Below, piece by piece: positions 1 through 5,825 of a DNA stretch of 27,433 nt; position 1 is the first letter of the stretch, and each line of letters begins with the position of its first letter. The stretch is from a virus. Taxonomy: Duplodnaviria; Caudoviricetes. The notes beneath the pieces were generated by a model that ran no database searches, had not been told where the DNA came from, and saw only the letters and a list, made by a program, of their open reading frames with translations. The stretch lies in IMG/VR virus record IMGVR_UViG_3300032291_003218, positions 1 through 27,433 of that record; one strand, given 5' to 3'. The position numbers were made by a program, and so were the translations under genes.

Positions 1-236
1 GTATCGTTAAAGAAGTGTCGGTCGTTTATTGATTCCCAAAGGTTCGCGTTGTTGAAGGCGTGTATGCAGGTCGCGTGGTTAAGTCCTAACATTTCGCCTA
101 TTTCAATATAGGAAAACCCATACTGGCGCATTAACTTAATTAGATAACCCCGTTGGTTAACGTACTTCCGTTTTCGGCTACGTTTACGTAAGTCGTTATC
201 TTCGATTAGTGTGGTAAATTTATTTTTTAACTGCAT
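1..236 (-). CDS. DnaA C-terminal (domain IV)-like HTH protein, runs off window edge
   Basis: Manual translation from ATG at 236: MQLKNKFTTLIEDNDLRKRSRKRKYVNQRGYLIKLMRQYGFSYIEIGEMLGLNHATCIHAF..., resembling the DnaA domain IV pattern SRK...S-x-x-EIG...DHTTVIHA. Not in ORF track. Confidence 0.7.
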   Translation of the reverse strand, partial: MQLKNKFTTLIEDNDLRKRSRKRKYVNQRGYLIKLMRQYGFSYIEIGEMLGLNHATCIHAFNNANLWESINDRHFFND

Positions 237-240
237 TGTA

Positions 241-468
241 TTAAATTTGGTTATAGTATTCGTCTAATTCGTCTCCCATTAATTCGTTCATCCATTCGTT
301 CAAAATCATTTCTTGAGCTATTTCACCGTGAATTTGAAATTTAGGTTTCGCTTGTTTTTTCTTTTCAGTATTGCGAACTAACATTTTTAAGGTATTTCTT
401 AAATGATTAATATCCATTTCGTCAATATCTATTTTATTTCCGTTTCGCATTGTCCAATATGTTTTCAT
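241..468 (-). CDS. hypothetical early protein
   Basis: 75-aa ORF; start context AACGCT-ATG; ATGA overlap with upstream small ORF. Confidence 0.75.
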   Translation of the reverse strand: MKTYWTMRNGNKIDIDEMDINHLRNTLKMLVRNTEKKKQAKPKFQIHGEIAQEMILNEWMNELMGDELDEYYNQI

Positions 469-617
469 AGCGTTGTAATTTTAATTATTAAAGGTTTCCA
501 AATATCCAAAACTAATATCGCGTGGTTAGTGTCGTAGGCTTGAACTATCGTTGTTCGTTGTTTGCGTTTGGATTTCGGGGTTTCCTGATACCAGTGGGTT
601 ATAGCGTATTCTTTCAT
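465..617 (-). CDS. small hypothetical protein (50 aa)
   Basis: Manual translation MKEYAITHWYQETPKSKRKQRTTIVQAYDTNHAILVLDIWKPLIIKITTL; stop overlaps next start (ATGA); A-rich upstream. Confidence 0.6.
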   Translation of the reverse strand: MKEYAITHWYQETPKSKRKQRTTIVQAYDTNHAILVLDIWKPLIIKITTL

Positions 618-753
618 TTTTTATTTTTATAATGTTACAATAATGGTTAAAGTCGAAGTGTCCGTTTTTATGTATAGCGCCACCGCCACTTGTCCACCAA
701 CGAACTTGGTCGATTAAATCAATAGTCCCGTCTTGAGTTTTTTCCGTTGTCAT
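526..753 (-). CDS. hypothetical protein
   Basis: 75-aa ORF; start context AAAACGCTT-ATG; overlaps neighbours. Confidence 0.55.
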   Translation of the reverse strand: MTTEKTQDGTIDLIDQVRWWTSGGGAIHKNGHFDFNHYCNIIKIKNERIRYNPLVSGNPEIQTQTTNNDSSSLRH

Positions 754-1030
754 AAGCGTTTTGTAATTTAGTGTTATAATCTGCTTGTATAATTTCTTCG
801 TGTAAATCGGAGTTTAACAAGTCGTCATAAATTTCACTGGCAATTAGTTGTAAGTCGTACTCGGTTAGTAAATGTTCTAATTCGATTTCCAAGTCCGAAC
901 GGTAAGCCACCGCCGTGCAAATTGTTACTATTAAGTCGTTGTCTTCGTCTACGGATAATTCGAAGGTACATTCGCCTTCAAAGGTATCTGCGTAAAAGTA
1001 CGCTAACGGGTAGTGTGTTTCTATTCTCAT
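719..1030 (-). CDS. acidic hypothetical protein
   Basis: 103-aa D/E-rich ORF, ATGA-coupled to upstream ORF. Confidence 0.75.
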   Translation of the reverse strand: MRIETHYPLAYFYADTFEGECTFELSVDEDNDLIVTICTAVAYRSDLEIELEHLLTEYDLQLIASEIYDDLLNSDLHEEIIQADYNTKLQNAYDNGKNSRRDY

Positions 1031-1164
1031 AATACAATAAAATAAGCGATTAATAAAAGTGATATAAAAAGCGTTCCAAATAGTATTATAAAATCGCGTA
1101 TCGCGATAAGCAATAATTTTGCTTCGTTGTCTAACTGGTTATAAAAATCCTTAAATAATTTCAT
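1027..1164 (-). CDS. small membrane protein (45 aa, C-terminal TM)
   Basis: Manual translation MKLFKDFYNQLDNEAKLLLIAIRDFIILFGTLFISLLLIAYFIVL; fills the gap exactly with overlaps at both ends. Confidence 0.65.
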   Translation of the reverse strand: MKLFKDFYNQLDNEAKLLLIAIRDFIILFGTLFISLLLIAYFIVL

Positions 1165-1330
1165 TTTGTAAATTTAATCGGGTTAATAATTCTTCAATCG
1201 TAATTAATTCCTTAAATGCTCTTTTTGTGTCATTATCTAAATGTCCGAATGCGTCCCTGCATTCTACATAATTTTCGTTTAACTCTTTGTAATAAGCTAA
1301 AATCGTGTCTAAAATTTCTTGTTTTTCCAT
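1151..1330 (-). CDS. hypothetical early protein (start revised to 1330, MEKQEIL...)
   Basis: Track start 1366 lies inside the promoter -7 element; ATG at 1330 has the shared AAAACGCT-ATG context. Confidence 0.75.
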   Translation of the reverse strand: MEKQEILDTILAYYKELNENYVECRDAFGHLDNDTKRAFKELITIEELLTRLNLQNEII

Positions 1331-1363
1331 AGCGTTTTGTTTTTGTTCGTTAATAATTATACG

Positions 1364-1395
1364 CAAATATAAATAGTAAGTTTCAATCTACCAAA
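1364..1395 (-). promoter_or_regulatory. Bacteroidota primary-sigma promoter
   Basis: TTTG (1395-1392)-20 nt-TATATTTG (1371-1364), matching -33/-7 consensus; A-tracts upstream. Confidence 0.85.
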
Positions 1396-1437
1396 CATTT
1401 TAACAAATTTTTTTCACTTTTTAACATTTAGGTAGAT

Positions 1438-1460
1438 AAAAAAGGGGGTTTTATCCCCCT
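1438..1460 (-). terminator. intrinsic terminator
   Basis: GGGGG-ATAAAA-CCCCC followed by T6 on minus strand, overlapping stop of 1451..1714. Confidence 0.75.
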
Positions 1461-1714
1461 TGTAATAAGTTCGAGTAGTAAGCCTTAACCCCGTCGATAA
1501 ATTGGTAATGCTCAATCGTATTGTAATCTTCTTGTATGTCAACCCATACACTTTGTTGTGATTGCCAGCCTTCCGAGTTTACCCCTTTAACGTTGTGTTT
1601 CTTGCTTAACTTTGTTGCTAATTTAATAGCTGCATTTTTCGTTTTTGTTTCGTGGTATTGAATGACATCGCGTCCACCTTCAATACTCACTACTTCAACT
1701 TTGTAAGTAATCAT
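1451..1714 (-). CDS. hypothetical early protein
   Basis: 87-aa ORF with own promoter and terminator; AAAACGCT-ATG start. Confidence 0.8.
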   Translation of the reverse strand: MITYKVEVVSIEGGRDVIQYHETKTKNAAIKLATKLSKKHNVKGVNSEGWQSQQSVWVDIQEDYNTIEHYQFIDGVKAYYSNLLQGG

Positions 1715-1753
1715 AGCGTTTTGTTTTTAATAAATGAAAGAACTAATTATACA

Positions 1754-1785
1754 CAAATATAAACATTAATTAATTGCCTACCAAA
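1754..1785 (-). promoter_or_regulatory. Bacteroidota primary-sigma promoter
   Basis: TTTG (1785-1782)-20 nt-TATATTTG (1761-1754). Confidence 0.85.
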
Positions 1786-1788
1786 TTA

Positions 1789-1864
1789 TTTAACATTTTT
1801 TAACATTTTTTAACAAATTAAGCGTATAAACTTACGGAAAGCCTAATAAAATAAGCCTATAAAC
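1789..1864. repeat. short direct repeats upstream of early promoter
   Basis: TTTAACA x3 at 10-bp period (1789-1815); AAGCSTATAAAC at 1820-1831 and 1853-1864 with a variant at 1839-1850. Confidence 0.6.
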
Positions 1865-1865
1865 G

Positions 1866-1888
1866 AAAAAAGGGGTATTGCTACCCCC
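1866..1888 (-). terminator. intrinsic terminator ending late operon and candidate tiny RNA
   Basis: GGGGTA-GCAA-TACCCC-TTTTTT (GNRA tetraloop) on minus strand. Confidence 0.85.
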
Positions 1889-1904
1889 TAATTAAAAACG
1901 CTAT
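1866..1904 (-). ncRNA. candidate ~40-nt antisense RNA complementary to early-gene start regions
   Basis: AUAGCGUUUUUAAUUA + terminator hairpin, directly after TAAGTTTG (1915-1908); 5' part is the reverse complement of AAAAACGCTAT found at early starts; 5' end is inferred. Confidence 0.5.
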
Positions 1905-1907
1905 ACG

Positions 1908-1915
1908 CAAACTTA
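1908..1915 (-). promoter_or_regulatory. candidate -7 promoter element for the tiny RNA
   Basis: TAAGTTTG fits TAnnTTTG and continues CGTATA as in the 1364 promoter (TATATTTGCGTATA); -33 box is poor (ATCG at 20-nt spacing). Confidence 0.45.
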
Positions 1916-2779
1916 CAGCGGAAATTTGAAACTATCGATATTCTTTACGATTAATTTATCAACTTCTTTGCATTCGATTTTAAGAATCCGTCCGCCTAAT
2001 GGCTTTGGTGGTGCGCCACGTTCAACGTGCCAACCGTATGCGCCTTCGCCGTATTCTTCTTTGTACGTTCCTGTTAACATTAAATGGAGTTGCTTTTGTT
2101 TAATTGAGTAACCCATTTTCGCGTTATGCTTAATTGTTTCCCTAACATCGTTACGCGAACTATTTTCGTGAATGTGTCCCATAGTGAAAACGTCAAAGTC
2201 TTCGTACATCTCAAGCGCTCGCGTAAGGTTTAACGCGCCTTTGGTAACTACTCCACCACCACCCGAACCGTGGTAGTATTTAACTTTGGTTGTTATTTGA
2301 GCGTTCCCGTGGAAAATTTGTCGAATAATTACCCAACCACCATAACCGCCCGTTTGAACGCTTGAGCCACATTTATAGTTTAATAGGTCTACGAATCTTT
2401 GGAGTAAGTCCGTTTCTTGATATTTGATTACTCCCGTTTCGTGGTTTCCGTAGCCTATTACTTTTATAATATCCGCGTATGGCTTAAACCATTCCGAAGC
2501 GGTTTCGACTATCGAATCTAAATATCTTGCGTTGTTATGTTCTTGTCTAATGTCCGATTTGTTGCGTCGATTATCCCCGCGTCCCTGCATTAAACAAAAG
2601 AAATCCCCGTTTATAATTACGGGTATATTATTCTCCTTACAAAATTCTAAATTCTTTTTGAGTAGTTGCCTATCGCATTTTGGGTTATCCCAATGTAAGT
2701 CGCTAAGCATAGCTACGTGAACTTGCTTACCGTCAAGTTGCAGTTCGTGGACGTTTCGTCCGTGTTTAATTACATTCAT
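1913..2779 (-). CDS. calcineurin-like metallophosphoesterase
   Basis: Motifs SDLH, NGD, GNHE, HG, GHIH in canonical order. Confidence 0.85.
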   Translation of the reverse strand: MNVIKHGRNVHELQLDGKQVHVAMLSDLHWDNPKCDRQLLKKNLEFCKENNIPVIINGDFFCLMQGRGDNRRNKSDIRQEHNNARYLDSIVETASEWFKPYADIIKVIGYGNHETGVIKYQETDLLQRFVDLLNYKCGSSVQTGGYGGWVIIRQIFHGNAQITTKVKYYHGSGGGGVVTKGALNLTRALEMYEDFDVFTMGHIHENSSRNDVRETIKHNAKMGYSIKQKQLHLMLTGTYKEEYGEGAYGWHVERGAPPKPLGGRILKIECKEVDKLIVKNIDSFKFPL

Positions 2780-2783
2780 AACG

Positions 2784-3251
2784 TTAAATTTGCCCGAAAT
2801 ATCGGAAGAATAATCGAACTCGCGAAATTAAAGTAGAATTCAAGATTAATTTAAGGACGAATCCAAGTACAAAAGCAACCAAAACCAACCACCAAGAAGT
2901 ACGATATTTAACAACCTGAACGGCTTTCGCGGTCTTCCATTTTGTTTTACCTTCTATTCGCAAGGTCTTTATGCGTTCTTTATGTTCTATTCGTGTTTGC
3001 CACTTGGTTTTAGGCACGTAAACGTTCTTAAAATTTACTATGGTGTCCTTGGTAGTTATAAATTTTTCCCAAACTATCGTGTCGTTTTTTATTACAGGAA
3101 AAGAATCCAAAGTAGTTATCCGTATTGTATCGCTATCGTTAACCACCTTTAAGCCGTTTTTAAGCGCTTTTTTGTAGTGGTATTGTGCTTTGCGTTCACT
3201 TGAACACGAAAGTAGCGTTAAAACGCATATAAATGCAAATAAACGAATCAT
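2784..3251 (-). CDS. lipoprotein, putative unimolecular spanin
   Basis: Signal peptide with lipobox LLSC, C-terminal TM (WWLVLVAFVLGFVLKLIL), directly after endolysin. Confidence 0.65.
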   Translation of the reverse strand: MIRLFAFICVLTLLSCSSERKAQYHYKKALKNGLKVVNDSDTIRITTLDSFPVIKNDTIVWEKFITTKDTIVNFKNVYVPKTKWQTRIEHKERIKTLRIEGKTKWKTAKAVQVVKYRTSWWLVLVAFVLGFVLKLILNSTLISRVRLFFRYFGQI

Positions 3252-3904
3252 AGGCTTTGTAACATTTTAATCATTCTTGGACACGGGTAAATATCCGCTT
3301 TGTCTTTTCTTACGGAGTTATGCGTAAAAATTCCTTTTTCTCCGTCAAAGGCTGCTTTATCTAAACTCCAAATTTCTTTACGATATTCTTTAGGTATGTT
3401 ATAAGTTTCGCAAAGGTATTCTACGAGTTGTCTTAAAGATTCTATTTGTGCGTCCGTGTATCTATACCAATGCTTGTAACCCTTATAAGGTTCTTCTAAT
3501 GTGGTAACGTAAGACGGATTAACAACACCACCAACGTAGTTATAAAATTTTCCGTCTTTTTCTTTAAGCATTCCCCAATTACACACCTCAATACCTACGC
3601 TTAATTTATTTAGGTTCTTATATTTCGAACCCATACGCGCAAAATCTTCGGAATCAATACCCAAGTGCCAACCCCAATGCTTCGAACTAAAACATTGTAC
3701 TATCGTTCCGTTTTCTCCTATTACGAAGGCGGTGGCTATTTGAGATTCGTTACTATTCCAAAAACGTGCAACTCCTTCCGCGTTTCCATTCCCTGCGGTA
3801 TGGTGTAAATATATTTGTGTCTTGTCGCTTACTTCTTCGAAGAATTGACCTTTCGATAAACGCTTTTGTACTATCTTTTGAATGTCTAGTTTATTTGAAC
3901 TCAT
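3248..3904 (-). CDS. endolysin, N-acetylmuramoyl-L-alanine amidase (Amidase_2-like)
   Basis: IYLHHTAG, SVGIEVC, YTDAQIESL, H...K.D..PCP motifs. Confidence 0.9.
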   Translation of the reverse strand: MSSNKLDIQKIVQKRLSKGQFFEEVSDKTQIYLHHTAGNGNAEGVARFWNSNESQIATAFVIGENGTIVQCFSSKHWGWHLGIDSEDFARMGSKYKNLNKLSVGIEVCNWGMLKEKDGKFYNYVGGVVNPSYVTTLEEPYKGYKHWYRYTDAQIESLRQLVEYLCETYNIPKEYRKEIWSLDKAAFDGEKGIFTHNSVRKDKADIYPCPRMIKMLQSL

Positions 3905-4310
3905 CCCATTCTTGTTTTTTAGCCGTTATAAACTCCTTAAATGACTTTAGAACGTCTTTTTTCGTTACGTCGTAATAACTTTCATTTATGCTTTTTAACT
4001 CCGTGAAAACGCAGTAAAACGTAAAAGCCTTGGTTAAGACTAAATCAACACTAACAAACAATCCTATTAAATCTTCAAGAACGTATTTCTCAAGGAAGAA
4101 AACGCAAACAATCGCACCCGCATAAAGTAAGGTTTTAGAAATAGTCCGAGCAAACCCACGTGAACGCAAAGGCAACTTTAATTTTTTACTTCGCCATATT
4201 CCCGCGCATAAGTCTAACCATATAAAAAGAATTGTTATAGTAACCATTCCTTTAACTGGCGCAAGAATAGATAATAGCGAAATTAAAAGTAAAAGTAGTT
4301 TAGTTTTCAT
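3891..4310 (-). CDS. holin (phage holin family 4-like)
   Basis: Several TM segments, DL..GI..S and ELKSINE motifs, charged C-terminus, upstream of endolysin. Confidence 0.8.
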   Translation of the reverse strand: MKTKLLLLLISLLSILAPVKGMVTITILFIWLDLCAGIWRSKKLKLPLRSRGFARTISKTLLYAGAIVCVFFLEKYVLEDLIGLFVSVDLVLTKAFTFYCVFTELKSINESYYDVTKKDVLKSFKEFITAKKQEWDEFK

Positions 4311-4467
4311 TGTGGTAAAAGTTCAATAGTTCAAACACTAAATAAGCGCCGTAACTAACTGCAAATAGTTTGTAAAAAATATAGGGTGCTTCAAATAGTG
4401 TAAAGACTACTCCCGTAAAAGATAGTAGGTAATAAAGCAAAGATAGTCCGCGTAAGTGGTTAAGCAT
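4300..4467 (-). CDS. small two-TM membrane protein (55 aa)
   Basis: Manual translation MLNHLRGLSLLYYLLSFTGVVFTLFEAPYIFYKLFAVSYGAYLVFELLNFYHNEN; overlaps both neighbours. Confidence 0.6.
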   Translation of the reverse strand: MLNHLRGLSLLYYLLSFTGVVFTLFEAPYIFYKLFAVSYGAYLVFELLNFYHNEN

Positions 4468-4660
4468 ACAAAGCGTTTAAGAAGTCGTTTATATTCTCGT
4501 ACGTGTTTTCGTTAATTGACATCGAAGTATCGCAAAAAATTATTCCTTTGTCCGTTGGAACGTGTGCTTGAGTATCGTCTAAAACTTCCGATTCGCCTTC
4601 GAAAATATATTCGAGTTCGTTCATTACGAACCCGCCTTTAATGGTTGTTAGATTAATCAT
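4460..4660 (-). CDS. hypothetical protein
   Basis: 66-aa ORF overlapping the fibre gene stop. Confidence 0.7.
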   Translation of the reverse strand: MINLTTIKGGFVMNELEYIFEGESEVLDDTQAHVPTDKGIIFCDTSMSINENTYENINDFLNALYA

Positions 4661-5258
4661 AAATTTGAACTATTAAACGTTTCCACCCTAAATTGTCGGG
4701 TGTCGTTGTTGTATTTTGAACTGCGAAAATTAAGTAGTGATTAACTGCGGGGTTAAACGAAGTTAAAGTAATACCGCTTGAAGTGTAATCGTTTGCCGCT
4801 GAAGTCCCTGCAAGAAATCCATTTAAGTTTGTTCCGTCGAAAAAAATGTTTCTTTCGAATCTTTGGAAGTAAACGCTTGTTGCCATACCCGCTCCCGCAC
4901 CCAATAGGGTTGCACCCGTTAAGCTATTTGTAGTGTTGATATAAAAGCGAGGGGTTGAGTTTGTTGTTCCCGCGGTTTTATTTAAGAATCCTTTAATATA
5001 AATAGTGTTATTTGTGGATATAGCACCCGCAGGAATCAAAACGGACGCACTAATTTGGTTGGTCGTTCCCGTTAAATTTAATCCGTTAAAACTTGCCAAC
5101 GTTCTTGGGTTTAACGTTGGAACGGGAATAGCGTTAATTATTTCTTCGCCAGTTATGGACTTAGATTCGTAGCCGTCTGCGGTCGTTACCGAAACTTCGA
5201 GCAAGTCCGTTGCTTCAAGGTTAGAACCCTTTGGGGTTAGTTCACTTATTTTTATCAT
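4653..5258 (-). CDS. putative short tail fibre / virion structural protein
   Basis: N-terminal KISEL...TDLLEVS...SKSITG segment typical of fibre attachment regions; T/N/G/S-rich beta-type C-terminus. Confidence 0.55.
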   Translation of the reverse strand: MIKISELTPKGSNLEATDLLEVSVTTADGYESKSITGEEIINAIPVPTLNPRTLASFNGLNLTGTTNQISASVLIPAGAISTNNTIYIKGFLNKTAGTTNSTPRFYINTTNSLTGATLLGAGAGMATSVYFQRFERNIFFDGTNLNGFLAGTSAANDYTSSGITLTSFNPAVNHYLIFAVQNTTTTPDNLGWKRLIVQIYD

Positions 5259-5337
5259 TTTCTAATTTGATTAGAAGTTTTTTTAGTTTAATTACGTTTG
5301 CCTTCTTTGGCGTGTATGGTTTTTTTATATTACCCAT
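5242..5337 (-). CDS. small basic peptide (31 aa)
   Basis: Manual translation MGNIKKPYTPKKANVIKLKKLLIKLENDKNK; bridges gap between adaptor and fibre genes. Confidence 0.5.
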   Translation of the reverse strand: MGNIKKPYTPKKANVIKLKKLLIKLENDKNK

Positions 5338-5825
5338 CCCATATAGTTTGAATCCGAGTTCGGGTAAATGTCCGAGTTACTATTTGTATAGTATTCAGGA
5401 AACGTGTTACCACTAAAAGCCATATATTGTATAAAACGCTCGGTGTAGTTTTGTGCTAAATAACGTTGCTTTTCTACCAAAAAGTCCACTTCGTTTTTAT
5501 CTACGTTTGAAGCGTTTTCGCTTGAATGCTTAAAGATTCCTTTGTTTGCGATTGTGTAGGCTTGAAAAGGTAAAAACTCAACCATTGCCCAATGGATTAA
5601 CATAGGTTTTAAGTAGGTTTCAACTAAATCTAAATACGGATTCGCTAACGTGTTGTTTACTATATCCGTTTTTATTTTGTCAAGTAATTGCGTTCCCGTG
5701 TATTGTTGAATGTGAATATCTTGAGCAACTTTAATCCATTGTATAAAAGTGTCCGTGTCCATATTCCCGTTAGTAGCGGTAAATCGAACTAAATCGTCGC
5801 GAGTTATTAATAATGCTTCTGCCAT
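5325..5825 (-). CDS. putative head-tail adaptor
   Basis: 166 aa, helical, coupled (TAATG) to portal stop; AQDIHIQ..G..L pattern. Confidence 0.6.
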   Translation of the reverse strand: MAEALLITRDDLVRFTATNGNMDTDTFIQWIKVAQDIHIQQYTGTQLLDKIKTDIVNNTLANPYLDLVETYLKPMLIHWAMVEFLPFQAYTIANKGIFKHSSENASNVDKNEVDFLVEKQRYLAQNYTERFIQYMAFSGNTFPEYYTNSNSDIYPNSDSNYMGWVI

